From Candidatus Woesearchaeota archaeon (GTDB lineage Archaea; Nanobdellota; Nanobdellia; SCGC-AAA011-G17; JAFCDX01), in assembly GCA_017609465.1 (NCBI GenBank), contig JAFCDX010000003.1:46712-110711 (forward strand): 64,000 nt of DNA. Reading direction: 5' to 3'. A program made the translations under genes and the position numbers. Shown one piece after another: positions 19,753-30,112 of the stretch. The notes under the pieces are model-generated. The model was not told the origin of the DNA. It saw only the letters and a list, made by a program, of their open reading frames with translations, and searched no databases. The first letter of the stretch is position 1; each line of letters opens with the position of its first letter.

Positions 19753-20546
19753 CCTATATAATCTGTGTCTTTCTTATCAAGAACTTCATTAACAAAATTA
19801 TTTTGATTCAATTGGTTAAGAAAATCCTCTGCCACATCTTCGTCTTCGATGAACATTTCCTGATTAGTTTTATCCAATTTATTCATCTCTCTCGTTAACC
19901 TCTTATTGTTTATCCCTAGTTTTAATTTTTTGTCTAGGGCAGAAACTATCTCCTTTGCAGCCTTGGCACCAACATAATTCTGGTCTGAAGAAGTTTCTCC
20001 CAGAATACTTATTCCCTTTATCTTTTTTTCCTGCGCAAGACCAATTAATAATCCTGAAGCACCAACAATCTGACCTGTTATTGAATTTAATGTTTTTTTG
20101 TTGTTGTATTTGCTAAGAATGTTTTTATTGTTTCCAGCAAAATATAACATTGGCTTTTCAGGGAATTCTTTCAAACCTATGCCTCCAAGAGTTATTATTT
20201 CACCACAATTATTTCTTTTGCAAAAATCTATTATTTTGTTGCAAAATGACGTGCATGAGCTACCCTCCAAAGGTTGTATGTCTCCTGTAAGCATAAACAA
20301 ATCATTATTTTTCATTTTCTTATGGTATATGGATATTGCAGGAATCTCCACCATATTTTTCTCATTGACAAAAACAGAATTATGTCCAAATTTAGAATAT
20401 ATCTCATAAGCTTTATTGGCTCTTAAATCATCTATTAAAAAATCAACTGCTAATTTTCCTACATTTCCAATTCCAGGCAATCCGCTTATCAAAACACTTT
20501 TCTTTGAAGCCTTTATATTTTTTGTTTTTCTAATTTCCCAGCTCAT
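19749..20546 (-). CDS. PAC2-family proteasome assembly chaperone
   Basis: GLPGIGNVGKLA, GD.QP, ITLGG, IVGASGLL, C-terminal YIG; conserved synteny with Nop10/aIF2a. Confidence 0.9.
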   Translation of the reverse strand: MSWEIRKTKNIKASKKSVLISGLPGIGNVGKLAVDFLIDDLRANKAYEIYSKFGHNSVFVNEKNMVEIPAISIYHKKMKNNDLFMLTGDIQPLEGSSCTSFCNKIIDFCKRNNCGEIITLGGIGLKEFPEKPMLYFAGNNKNILSKYNNKKTLNSITGQIVGASGLLIGLAQEKKIKGISILGETSSDQNYVGAKAAKEIVSALDKKLKLGINNKRLTREMNKLDKTNQEMFIEDEDVAEDFLNQLNQNNFVNEVLDKKDTDYIG

Positions 20547-20691
20547 TTTTATATATTCTCCTGTATTTTCCAAATCTGTCCTCTAAACTGAATTTTGGAG
20601 GTTTTGGATTTATTGTTTTTATCTTGCATCTTTTGCAAATTTTTTCCAAAGTATACTCCTTACATTCAGGGCATTTAAAAATTTTATGCAT
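20530..20691 (-). CDS. nop10: H/ACA RNP protein Nop10
   Basis: KC..C..YTL...C..C...P.PPKFS.EDRFGKYRR. Confidence 0.92.
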   Translation of the reverse strand: MHKIFKCPECKEYTLEKICKRCKIKTINPKPPKFSLEDRFGKYRRIYKNELGN

Positions 20692-21454
20692 TTCTTTTAA
20701 ACTCAAATTCAATATCTCCCTTTTTTACTTCATTATTTATTTTTTCAACAGCTTCTTTTAATATTGCTTCTGCTTTTTTGTAATCCTTTGATTCAACAGT
20801 TATCTTGTATTTTGGAGCTGTAACATAACTTATTGTTATTCCTTCTTTAACACTTTCTGTCAATGCTTTTTTGATTATATTAACACCATTAGTGTCATAT
20901 GATTTTATGATCAAATCTCCTGAGATTCTTACTTCAGGAATTTTCATTTTTTCTTTGATATTCTTAACAAGATCTTTTGCTATCTTATCTTTTATATCTA
21001 ATTTTTTGACTATTTTTTCATCTTTAAGGACTTCATTAAAAAATTCAGTCAAGCTTCCATATTCATCGATTGCTTTATAACCAACTTCTTTGTACATGTC
21101 TTCTATGGACATCTTATTTGTTTTACCTATTAATTCTAATAATTTTTCAGCTTTAATTTCTTGCTTGTATTCCTTACTTTTCTTTATTTTCAAACCAGTT
21201 GACACTCTTCTTAATGAAAGATCTATGTGATGCTTGTCATTCACTTTAAGAACTTTTGTTACTATTTTCTTTCCTTCTTTGACATAATCTCTTATATTTC
21301 TTATTCTTCCAGGAGATATTTCAGAAATGTAAATCATCCCTTCTGCATCTTCATATTCATCCAAAGCCACAAAAACAGAATGAGATAATACTTTTTTGAC
21401 AGTACATACTACTAATTCTCCTTCTTCAGGCAAATCTTTTTTCTTATAAAACAT
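20684..21454 (-). CDS. eif2a: Translation initiation factor aIF-2 alpha
   Basis: PEEGELV, S1 domain, ISEIS..RIRNI, IDLSLRRV, APKY. Confidence 0.95.
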   Translation of the reverse strand: MFYKKKDLPEEGELVVCTVKKVLSHSVFVALDEYEDAEGMIYISEISPGRIRNIRDYVKEGKKIVTKVLKVNDKHHIDLSLRRVSTGLKIKKSKEYKQEIKAEKLLELIGKTNKMSIEDMYKEVGYKAIDEYGSLTEFFNEVLKDEKIVKKLDIKDKIAKDLVKNIKEKMKIPEVRISGDLIIKSYDTNGVNIIKKALTESVKEGITISYVTAPKYKITVESKDYKKAEAILKEAVEKINNEVKKGDIEFEFKRNA

Positions 21455-21633
21455 TATTTCAGAACCTCCAAGATTTTTGCTTTTATCTTGCTTTTCCCCC
21501 CTGTAGGTTCTGCCAACAGTGATTTACAAACAAGACAATCTACTCTTGTTGATATTTTTCCAAATATCACTTGTTCGTTCTTGCATTTATTGCATTGAAC
21601 CCTTACAAACTTGCTGTCTTGCTCTCTTTTCAT
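21454..21633 (-). CDS. rps27e: 30S ribosomal protein eS27
   Basis: Hand translation: [18 protein letters not shown]...[13 protein letters not shown]; absent from the ORF track. Confidence 0.95.
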   Translation of the reverse strand: MKREQDSKFVRVQCNKCKNEQVIFGKISTRVDCLVCKSLLAEPTGGKSKIKAKILEVLK

Positions 21634-21938
21634 TCTAATTCCACCTTCTTAGTTCTTGACCCTGATTTAATTATACTTTTATTGCATACGTTACATGTTA
21701 ACTTTAAATTTAATTTCTTGCTTGTTTTTGCCCCAACCCTTTTAAATTTTGATATCGCTGGCTTAGAATAACGTCCTTTGTTTCCGGCGCCCCTTCCTCT
21801 GCCTCTTTTTTCAGCTCTTTCTTTTGAACCATGTTTTAAAGCACTCCTTTTTGTTCCAGTTTTAACTAAAGAAATCTTTTGTTCTGTTGTTTTTTTACAA
21901 TATTTGCAGTATCCTTTTGTTTTTTTAGGTATTTTCAT
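21630..21938 (-). CDS. rpl44e: 50S ribosomal protein eL42 (L44e)
   Basis: MKIPK...YCKYC, K..KK..L.LTC..C. Confidence 0.95.
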   Translation of the reverse strand: MKIPKKTKGYCKYCKKTTEQKISLVKTGTKRSALKHGSKERAEKRGRGRGAGNKGRYSKPAISKFKRVGAKTSKKLNLKLTCNVCNKSIIKSGSRTKKVELE

Positions 21939-22539
21939 CTTTAATTTCCTCTGCTCTGTTATTTTTTAACAACAAATTTGCGACTTCCTCGGATATTGAA
22001 ACGATATCATTTTGCTCAAAAGGGCCGTAAATCTGCATATCATCCCCAACAAATTTAGGTATTGGTTTTGTTATTTTCACTAATTTTAGGGAAATTTTAT
22101 CATCTTGGCTTTTTAATACTTTCGGTTCTTCCTTTTTTCCATTCATAAGTCTGTTAAAAAGAGAGTTTCTGTGCTTTGTCAAACTAGACTTTAAATCATT
22201 GTATAATTCAGTCTCATAATCCAAAATAGAAAAATCTTTCATATCTGAATCTGTTCTTGAAGAGAATAAAGCTAATTGCATTATTTTGTTTTCCCTCCTT
22301 TCATATAATTCCTTTAATATTTTTTGAATCTGCTCTATCTGTTTTCTTGTTTTTAATGCTTCAGACTGAGTGAATATTGAATCCTTTGACTCCTGCGATT
22401 TTAGTATCTCTTTTTTAGTATTCATATATTCTATGACCTCATCAAAGAAGTTGGGACTTAGTTTTTGAAGCTCTTCAGAATTCTTCTCTTTCCTGAGAAT
22501 TTCATATAAGGATTCATATGTTATTTTTATGTCTGACAT
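21925..22539 (-). CDS. GINS subunit (Gins15/51-like)
   Basis: EK...LQKL..NF, RR.NKI...A, IP.FVG.D...YGPF; canonical linkage to L44e-S27e. Confidence 0.82.
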   Translation of the reverse strand: MSDIKITYESLYEILRKEKNSEELQKLSPNFFDEVIEYMNTKKEILKSQESKDSIFTQSEALKTRKQIEQIQKILKELYERRENKIMQLALFSSRTDSDMKDFSILDYETELYNDLKSSLTKHRNSLFNRLMNGKKEEPKVLKSQDDKISLKLVKITKPIPKFVGDDMQIYGPFEQNDIVSISEEVANLLLKNNRAEEIKDENT

Positions 22540-22581
22540 ATAATATTTTTAAGAATATTCTTTTAAAAGGTTTTATGTTGT

Positions 22582-23625
22582 TTAATAGATAAATTTCTTA
22601 ACATCTTTCCCTTCTAAAACCCCTAAAGAACCTTTTTTGCAGTAATTTTCACCGAATTTATCGACACTGTCCTTCCTTCCACCATAAATCAAGATAGGAA
22701 CAGGGTGCTTTGAATGTCTTTTTAACTTGCATGGCGTTGAATGGTCGGAAGTAATTATTAAAGTGGTATTTTTAATATATTTTATATTTTTCAAATATCT
22801 GTCAACTTTCTCTATAGCCTTTACTTTTCCTATCAAATTTCCTTTATGCCCATAAGTATCTGGCCCTTTTATCTGCACATAAATATTTTTATCAGAATTC
22901 AGTATTTTTCTTATTGTATCTTTTTTCTTGAAAGTTTTCATTCCCAATAATTTTCCTAGACCAATTTCAACAGGCATATCTGCACCAACCTCCCAATTTT
23001 TTAATTTTTTAACTTTCGGAAGTTTATAAGAACTGCCCCTTAAAAGAATTGTTTTGTCTTTCATGATATGCTCTGCTTTTTCTATAAAATCCTGAATATC
23101 TTTATTATTTGCCTTTACTTTATAACCTAAAGAATCCATTGCCTTTGAATAATTTTTGATTTTTTTGTAAAAAGGATTTGTATTCTTTAATTCAATTTTT
23201 CCATTATATTCTAAGATGCACCTATAACTCTTTGTTGGATATATCTTTATTTTTCGGTTTATCTCATTCAAGTCTTCCAATATATATTCTGATGGTATGT
23301 TTGCTCTTTCAAGTATCTTTTTTCCTTTGAAATAATTGAAATTTCCCCTTATGTAAGTATGATTTTTCTTTATTTTTATATCTGCGCCTAATGCTTCTAT
23401 TATTCCCCTTCCAGGATATTTTGATAAAGGATATCCCAATATAACAAATTGTGACACTCCCGATTCTGGAGCAATTCCTTTTATTGGATGCATAATCCCT
23501 GTAATACCTCTATCAGCAAAGAAATCCAAAGTTGGTGTTTTTGCAGCCTCTAATGGGGTTTTATTTCCCAAATGCTTATAAGATATGTCTCCGAGACCAT
23601 CTATTATTATCACCACTTTTCTCAT
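22582..23625 (-). CDS. apgM: Cofactor-independent phosphoglycerate mutase (ApgM-type)
   Basis: IIDGLGD, KTPLEAA.TP, GRG..EALG, KGPD..GH, TSDHSTP, H..HPVP. Confidence 0.88.
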   Translation of the reverse strand: MRKVVIIIDGLGDISYKHLGNKTPLEAAKTPTLDFFADRGITGIMHPIKGIAPESGVSQFVILGYPLSKYPGRGIIEALGADIKIKKNHTYIRGNFNYFKGKKILERANIPSEYILEDLNEINRKIKIYPTKSYRCILEYNGKIELKNTNPFYKKIKNYSKAMDSLGYKVKANNKDIQDFIEKAEHIMKDKTILLRGSSYKLPKVKKLKNWEVGADMPVEIGLGKLLGMKTFKKKDTIRKILNSDKNIYVQIKGPDTYGHKGNLIGKVKAIEKVDRYLKNIKYIKNTTLIITSDHSTPCKLKRHSKHPVPILIYGGRKDSVDKFGENYCKKGSLGVLEGKDVKKFIY

Positions 23626-23677
23626 AACAAAAAAAGGGCTTAGAAATATTTAAAAGTTTTTAATTAAGAAAAATAAC

Positions 23678-24289
23678 ATGATAATATCACAAGGCGCAGA
23701 AGCAATTTTAAGAAAAGAAAACAACCAATTAATAAAAGAAAGAATTTCAAAAAACTACAGAATCAATGATTTAGATGAAAAAATAAGAAAATTAAGAACA
23801 AGATCAGAATCAAAATTACTTGAAAAAGCTTATTCTATAATAAAAGTCCCAAAATTAATAGATTCAAATGATAAAGAAATGAAAATAATTATGGAATTCA
23901 TTGAAGGAGAAAAACTTTCTGATAATCTTGACAAATTTAATAGTAAAAAAAGAGACAAAATAACAGAAGAAATAGGAAAAAACACAGCTTTATTGCATAA
24001 CAACAATATAATCCATGGAGATTTAACAACATCCAACATGATTTTAAAAAATGAGGAAATTTACTTCATTGATTTTGGACTTGGTTTTTTTTCAATAAAA
24101 TCGGAAGACAAAGCAGTTGATATTCATTTATTCAAACAGGCTTTGGAGAGCAAGCATTACAGACATTTTGAAACCTCTTTCGAAAATTTTCTAAAAGGTT
24201 ACAAAAAACACACCAGTAATTACAAGAATATAATGGAAAGGCTTGAAAAAGTTGAAAAGAGAGGAAGATACAAAAGCAAAAATCCATAA
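23678..24289 (+). CDS. bud32: KEOPS kinase Bud32
   Basis: QGAEA, RTR.E, IIHGDLTTSN, IDFGL, EDKAVD, RGRY. Confidence 0.95.
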   Translation: MIISQGAEAILRKENNQLIKERISKNYRINDLDEKIRKLRTRSESKLLEKAYSIIKVPKLIDSNDKEMKIIMEFIEGEKLSDNLDKFNSKKRDKITEEIGKNTALLHNNNIIHGDLTTSNMILKNEEIYFIDFGLGFFSIKSEDKAVDIHLFKQALESKHYRHFETSFENFLKGYKKHTSNYKNIMERLEKVEKRGRYKSKNP

Positions 24290-24320
24290 CCTTTATAAAA
24301 AAAGTTTTTCTTAATAATTT

Positions 24321-24881
24321 ATGATTGAAATAAGGATTCATGGAAGGGGAGGTCAAGGAGGAAAGACAGCAGGACAGTTAATTGCAGAAGCTGCTTTATC
24401 CGAAAAGAAATATGTTCACGCATTCCCGGAATACGGGCCAGAAAGAACAGGCGCTCCTGTAAAAACATATGTTAAAATTTCTGACAAAGAAATACTTAAT
24501 CATTCTGGAATAAAGCATGCGGAAATAGTTTTAGTAATAGATGAATCATTAATAGATGAGGACATAGTTGAAAATATAGCAAGCACGTGCATCTTTGTTA
24601 TAAACACAAAAAAAGACCTTACACAAAAACTAAGGAAATTTGGATTTAATGGGCATATTTATTGTATTGACGCTACTCAAATAGCCCTGCATGAATTAGG
24701 AAAAAACATACCTAATATAGCTTTAGTTGGTGGTCTTATTAAAGCCAGCAAAGAAAAGGTGATAAAATTAAAATCTCTAAATAATAAAATAAAAAAGATA
24801 TTAGAAAAAAAGGGCAAAGGAATTGTTAATGCTAATCTAAAAGCAGCAAAGAGGGCTTATGATGAAATTAAAAAATGCTAG
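24321..24881 (+). CDS. porG: Pyruvate/2-oxoacid:ferredoxin oxidoreductase gamma subunit
   Basis: EIRIHGRGGQG, FPEYGPERTGAP. Confidence 0.93.
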   Translation: MIEIRIHGRGGQGGKTAGQLIAEAALSEKKYVHAFPEYGPERTGAPVKTYVKISDKEILNHSGIKHAEIVLVIDESLIDEDIVENIASTCIFVINTKKDLTQKLRKFGFNGHIYCIDATQIALHELGKNIPNIALVGGLIKASKEKVIKLKSLNNKIKKILEKKGKGIVNANLKAAKRAYDEIKKC

Positions 24882-25137
24882 AGAAATAGAAGAAGGAACT
24901 GTATTAAAAGAAGGGACTTCAAAAAAAAATAAAACAGGTAATTGGAAAACCTTTGAGCCTGTTGTTGATTTTGATAAATGCATTCATTGTATGAAATGTG
25001 TTATGTATTGCCCTGATATTTGTATTTTTCAAAAAAATGGAAAAAGAGGTAAAAATGATTTAAGTATGTGCAAAGGCTGTGGAATTTGTGCCCAAGTATG
25101 TCCTGCAAATGCAATAAAGATGGTAAAAAGAAAATGA
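24862..25137 (+). CDS. porD: POR delta subunit (2x[4Fe-4S])
   Basis: TGNWK..P, CIHCMKC...CPD, CKGCGICA..CP. Confidence 0.93.
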   Translation: MKLKNAREIEEGTVLKEGTSKKNKTGNWKTFEPVVDFDKCIHCMKCVMYCPDICIFQKNGKRGKNDLSMCKGCGICAQVCPANAIKMVKRK

Positions 25138-26270
25138 AAAAAATAAAAGCTTTAACTGGAAATGGAGCAGCATCTGAGATAATGAGACAAGTAAATCCAG
25201 ATGTTGTAGCAGCTTATCCTATAACTCCAAGCACACAAATAATGGAGGATTTTTCACAATATCTTGCTGATGGTAAAGTTGATACTGAACTAATAAGGGT
25301 TGAGAGCGAGCATTCTGCAATAAGTGCTTGTGTTGGTGCTTCCCATGCAGGGGCAAGAGTAATGACAGCAACATCTTCAGCAGGTCTTGCATTCATGTGG
25401 GAAGTGTTAGGAGTTGCAGCAGGTTTGAGAACTCCGATGGTAATGAATGTAGTTAACAGAACATTAAGCTCTCCGATAAATATTCACTGTGATCATTCAG
25501 ATTCAATGGGTGCAAGAGATTTAGGATGGATACAAATTTATTCTGAAAATGCAAACGAGGTTTATATCAATAATTTGATAGCAATAAAATTAGCAGAGAA
25601 AATAAATCTTCCTGTGATGATATGCCAAGACGGATTCATAACATCTCATTGTGTTGAAGGGGTTGATATATTGGAAGACAAAGATGTGAAAAAATTTATA
25701 GGAGAATTTAAACCAAAATATAGTTTATTAAAAGATAATATTGCAATAGGAAATCTTGCTTTGCCAGATTATTTTTATGAAATTAAGATGCAAAATGTAA
25801 TAGCTATGGAAAAAGCAAAAAAAGAATTTCTAAGAATTGATAAGGAAGTAAACAAATTATTAAAGCATGAAACAGGTTATTTTGAAGAATATAAATTAAA
25901 AGATGCTAAAGTTGTAATTGTTGCATTAAGTTCTACTTGCGGAACAGTTAAAAGTGTTATAAATGAGTTAAGGAAAAAAGGAAAGAAAGTTGGTTTATTA
26001 AAACTAAGATTATTCAGGCCATTCCCCAAGGAAGAGCTAAAAAGAGTATTGGGAAATAAAAAAATTATTGTTATGGATAGAAGTGTTAGTCTAGGTTCTG
26101 ATGCCCCTTTATATATTGAAATAAAGAATGCTACAGAGAGTAAGGATATATATAGTATTATTTATGGATTAGGTGGAAGAAACATATATGAAAAAGAAAT
26201 TAAATATATTTTTGAAAGAGCTCTTAATAATAAATTAAAAAAACTGGAATATGTAGGTGTTAGAAAATGA
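25134..26270 (+). CDS. porA: POR alpha subunit
   Basis: AAYPITP.T, VESEHSA, TATSS.GL, DGFITSH, RLFRPFP. Confidence 0.95.
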   Translation: MKKIKALTGNGAASEIMRQVNPDVVAAYPITPSTQIMEDFSQYLADGKVDTELIRVESEHSAISACVGASHAGARVMTATSSAGLAFMWEVLGVAAGLRTPMVMNVVNRTLSSPINIHCDHSDSMGARDLGWIQIYSENANEVYINNLIAIKLAEKINLPVMICQDGFITSHCVEGVDILEDKDVKKFIGEFKPKYSLLKDNIAIGNLALPDYFYEIKMQNVIAMEKAKKEFLRIDKEVNKLLKHETGYFEEYKLKDAKVVIVALSSTCGTVKSVINELRKKGKKVGLLKLRLFRPFPKEELKRVLGNKKIIVMDRSVSLGSDAPLYIEIKNATESKDIYSIIYGLGGRNIYEKEIKYIFERALNNKLKKLEYVGVRK

Positions 26271-27187
26271 ATATGAAAGAATTGGCAAAAAAGGAACCAA
26301 GATTTTCAAGTGGCCATAGGGCGTGTGCTGGATGCGGATTTCCTCAAATAGTAAGAACCATCTTGGCGAGCACTGACAAAAAAGTTGTAGTTGCAAATGC
26401 TACCGGATGCTTAGAGGTTGTATCAACAATTTATCCTTTTAATTCATGGAAAACCCCTTATATTCATTCTGCTTTTGAAAATGCTGCTTCAACGATATCT
26501 GGAATTGAGAAAGCATATAATATTCAAAAAAGAAAAGGAAAAATAAAAGAGGATATCAAGTTTTTATGCATTGGTGGAGATGGGGGGATGACTGATATTG
26601 GATTTCAAGCTTTAAGTGGTGCATTAGAAAGATGGCATGATGTTGTTTATGTTCAGTATGACAATGAGGCATACCAAAATACGGGAGTTCAAAGATCAGG
26701 TGCAACACCATTGGGAACAAATACAACTACAACACCTGTAGGAAAAATACACCATGGAAAAGAATTAATGAAAAAAGACATAACAAGAATAGTTGCTGCA
26801 CATGGAATTCCCTATGTTGCCCAGGCATCATTAAGTCATTTGGAGGATTTAAGCATGAAAGCCAAAAAGGCATTTGAAACAAAGGGTCCTGCTTTTATTA
26901 ATGTACTACAACCCTGTGTTCCTGGATGGAAAATAGCATCAAATATGACAGTTGAAATAGCAAAAAGGGCTGTTGAAAGCGGTGCATGGCCATTATATGA
27001 AGTTAAAAATGGTAATTTTAAATTAAATTACAAACCTTCTAAACTAAGACCTGTTAAAGATTATTTCAAATTACAAGGACGTTTTAAGCATCTAACAGAA
27101 AAAGAAGTACAGATAATACAAAAAGTCATCGATGAAGAATGGAAAATGCTTCTTAAAGGAAATTATTGGAAAGTTAAAAGTTATTGA
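26267..27187 (+). CDS. porB: POR beta subunit
   Basis: GHRACAGCG, ATGCLEV, GGDGG..DIG, DNEAY.NTG.QRS. Confidence 0.95.
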   Translation: MNMKELAKKEPRFSSGHRACAGCGFPQIVRTILASTDKKVVVANATGCLEVVSTIYPFNSWKTPYIHSAFENAASTISGIEKAYNIQKRKGKIKEDIKFLCIGGDGGMTDIGFQALSGALERWHDVVYVQYDNEAYQNTGVQRSGATPLGTNTTTTPVGKIHHGKELMKKDITRIVAAHGIPYVAQASLSHLEDLSMKAKKAFETKGPAFINVLQPCVPGWKIASNMTVEIAKRAVESGAWPLYEVKNGNFKLNYKPSKLRPVKDYFKLQGRFKHLTEKEVQIIQKVIDEEWKMLLKGNYWKVKSY

Positions 27188-28521
27188 TTGTATTTAATCA
27201 AATTTTTTATAGAATTAATTGCGTCATTAGGAAAATCATAAACAGGAATATCTTTTTCTTCAAGTTTTTCCTTATATATCTTGTTTGATTCTCCCCCTGT
27301 CATTATAACTACAAATGGTTTTTTGGTTAACTTATTCATATTTGAAAATATATTTACTATATTTTTTGATATTGAAGGCAATTGTGGTAGTAAAATAACA
27401 ACTAAAATATCAACATCCTTGTCCTTTAAAGAATTTTCAATTGCAATTTTATAATGTTCATCATTTGCACTTCCAGTAAGATCTATAGGATTTTTTACAA
27501 CCGCAATAGGAAGAAGTTTCTTTTTTATTTTTTCTTTATTTCTTATATTAGATAATTTTAAATTATTCTTAAGAACATTATCTGTAGTTATTATACCATA
27601 ACCCCCCCCATTTGTTATTATTTGTATCTTATTTCCTTTTGGTTTTTTCTTTTTTTCAAGCAATTTTGCAGTATCAAACATTTCTCTTATTGAATTTACT
27701 TCTATGATTCCAGATTGCTTGAAAGCTGCAGAATAAACTTCAGAAGAACCCGCCATTGATCCTGTATGAGATAATGTTGCTTCTTCAGATTCCTTGAATT
27801 TTCCTCCTTTTAATAACACAATAGGTTTTTTCTTTGAGACTTTTCTGGAGATTTTCATAAATTTTTTTCCATCTTCAACAGCCTCCAGATAAACGCATAT
27901 TACTTTTGTATTTTTATCTTTTGAAAGATATTTTAAATAATCAGATTCATCCACATTTACAGCATTTCCATAAGAAACAAATTTTGATATTCCTGTATTA
28001 TTATTAGAAAGCATGTCCAAAATAGCGCATCCTGCCGCACCTGATTGGGATATGAAAGAAAGGTTGCCTTTTTTTGGTCTCTTTAATTTATCAGGATATG
28101 CAAACAATGTATCAACATTAGAATAATTATCTAATATTCCAAGACAATTAGGGCCAACTGCAATCATATTATTTTTATCAAGATAATCTTTTAATTCTAA
28201 TTCCAAATTATTCTTTCCTATTTCTGAAAAACCTGCTGTAATTATAACAACTGATTTTATTCCTTTCTTATTGCACTCCTTTACTACATCTATGACCTTT
28301 AATGCCGGTATTGCTATTACAGCCATATCAATTTTTTCTTTCACATTCAAAACAGAAGTATAACATTTCTTTCCAGATATTGATTTTTCATGAGGATTTA
28401 TGCAATATAATTTTCCCTTAAAAGTTTTCTTTAAATTTTCAAAAATAACTCTTCCAACTTTATCCTTGCTTTTTGAAACACCTATAACAGCTATTGATTT
28501 TGGATTGAATATTTTGTCCAT
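27181..28521 (-). CDS. acdA: Acetate-CoA ligase (ADP-forming) alpha subunit
   Basis: P.SIAVIG.S, GPNCLG, SQSG, SHTGS.AG, TNGGG, NPIDL. Confidence 0.92.
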   Translation of the reverse strand: MDKIFNPKSIAVIGVSKSKDKVGRVIFENLKKTFKGKLYCINPHEKSISGKKCYTSVLNVKEKIDMAVIAIPALKVIDVVKECNKKGIKSVVIITAGFSEIGKNNLELELKDYLDKNNMIAVGPNCLGILDNYSNVDTLFAYPDKLKRPKKGNLSFISQSGAAGCAILDMLSNNNTGISKFVSYGNAVNVDESDYLKYLSKDKNTKVICVYLEAVEDGKKFMKISRKVSKKKPIVLLKGGKFKESEEATLSHTGSMAGSSEVYSAAFKQSGIIEVNSIREMFDTAKLLEKKKKPKGNKIQIITNGGGYGIITTDNVLKNNLKLSNIRNKEKIKKKLLPIAVVKNPIDLTGSANDEHYKIAIENSLKDKDVDILVVILLPQLPSISKNIVNIFSNMNKLTKKPFVVIMTGGESNKIYKEKLEEKDIPVYDFPNDAINSIKNLIKYNQ

Positions 28522-28569
28522 AATTAGGATTAGAATAAGCTTTTTAAATAGTTTTTCATTTGATATATT

Positions 28570-28641
28570 GAGCCTATGGTGTAATGGATAGCACGTGAGG
28601 TTTCGGCCCTCAAGATTCCGGTTCGATTCCGGATAGGCTCA
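28570..28641 (+). tRNA. tRNA-Arg(TCG)
   Basis: GAGCCTA/TAGGCTC acceptor; TGAGG-TTTCGGC-CCTCA; TTCGATT T-loop. Confidence 0.9.
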
Positions 28642-28678
28642 TAAAAATATTTATAAATAAACAAAAAAATAGAATTAT

Positions 28679-30112
28679 ATGTCAAAACAAGAAGGTATCA
28701 CAACAAAAAAAGATAAAGATTTTTCTGAATGGTATACTCAAATTATATTAAAGGGGGGGCTTGCTGATTATTCTTCGGTTTCCGGGGCTATCATTCTTAA
28801 ACCAAGAGGATATGAATTGTGGGAAAAGATAAAGGAAGAGGTAGATAAAAGAATAAAGAAACTAGGAGTTAAAAATTGTTATTTTCCATTATTAATACCG
28901 GAATCATTATTAAGCAAAGAAAAAGAGCATATTGAAGGATTTTTCCCTGAAGTTGCATGGGTAACTGAAGCAGGAAATTCAAAATTAAATGAAAGGCTTG
29001 CAATAAGACCAACTTCTGAAACGATAATGTATGATTCATATTCAAAATGGATAAGGTCGTGGAGAGACTTACCTTTAAAATTTAATCAATGGAATAATGT
29101 GGTAAGATGGGAATTCAAACACCCGATTCCATTTTTAAGAACAAGAGAATTTTTATGGAATGAAGGCCATACTGTTTTTGCAACAAAAAAAGAAGCAGAG
29201 GCAGAAAAAGACCAAATATTAAAAGTATATCATGAAGTGTTAAATGATTATATGGCTCTTCCAGGAATCGTTGGAAAAAAATCAAAAAAAGAAAAATTTG
29301 CAGGTGCTGAATACACAGTAAGTGTTGAATTTTATATTCCAAACGGAAAGGCAATACAAGGTCCTGATTTTCATCATGACGGGCAGAGATTTTCAAGAGC
29401 ATATGATATAAAATTCTTAAATAAAGATGGCAATGAAGAATATGCATGGCAAAACACATGGGCAATAACAACAAGAATGATTGGTGTAATGATTGCAATG
29501 CATAGTGACGACAAAGGATTAATCATACCTCCAAAGATGCTAAAAAATAAAGTTGTTATAGTCCCAATTTTATTTGAGGACTCAAAATCAAAAGTTATCA
29601 AGGAAGCAAAAACAATAGAATCAAAATTAAAAAAATATGGTGCTTTCGTGGATTTAAGAGATTACAAGCCAGGCTATAAGTTCAATGATTGGGAACTTAA
29701 GGGAATCCCAATAAGAATAGAAATAGGTCCAAAAGACATTCAAAAAAAGCAGGTTGTATTAACAAGAAGAGACACCAACAAGAAAGAAATTGTAAAGATA
29801 AAAGATATAGAAAAAAAAACAGAAAATGTTCTTGAAGATATCCAAAATAATTTATATAAAAAATCTGAAAAACTTTTAAAAAATAATCTTGTAAAGGTAA
29901 AAGACCTGAAGGAATTTAAAGAGGCAATAAAAAATAAAAAACTTGCCTTGGCTCCATTTTGTAACACTATAGAATGTGAAGATATTATAAAAGATAAATA
30001 TAATGGAGTTAAGTCATTAAACTCTCCCTTGGATCAAAAAAAAGGAAAAAATAAATGTTTGTTCTGCAGAAAAGAGGCAGATTCTTTGTTTTATTTTGGA
30101 AAATCATATTAA
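28679..30112 (+). CDS. proS: Proline-tRNA ligase (archaeal/eukaryotic type)
   Basis: FSEWY, LAIRPTSET, QW.NVVRWE, PFLRTREFLW.EGHT, C-terminal GKSY. Confidence 0.97.
   Translation: MSKQEGITTKKDKDFSEWYTQIILKGGLADYSSVSGAIILKPRGYELWEKIKEEVDKRIKKLGVKNCYFPLLIPESLLSKEKEHIEGFFPEVAWVTEAGNSKLNERLAIRPTSETIMYDSYSKWIRSWRDLPLKFNQWNNVVRWEFKHPIPFLRTREFLWNEGHTVFATKKEAEAEKDQILKVYHEVLNDYMALPGIVGKKSKKEKFAGAEYTVSVEFYIPNGKAIQGPDFHHDGQRFSRAYDIKFLNKDGNEEYAWQNTWAITTRMIGVMIAMHSDDKGLIIPPKMLKNKVVIVPILFEDSKSKVIKEAKTIESKLKKYGAFVDLRDYKPGYKFNDWELKGIPIRIEIGPKDIQKKQVVLTRRDTNKKEIVKIKDIEKKTENVLEDIQNNLYKKSEKLLKNNLVKVKDLKEFKEAIKNKKLALAPFCNTIECEDIIKDKYNGVKSLNSPLDQKKGKNKCLFCRKEADSLFYFGKSY

Noticed and set aside
28570-28641. tRNA(TCG) as evidence of CGA codon reassignment
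   Set aside because: A20-type D-loop is compatible with Arg identity, and the CGA in EndoQ HSRFSR falls at a basic position; no positive evidence
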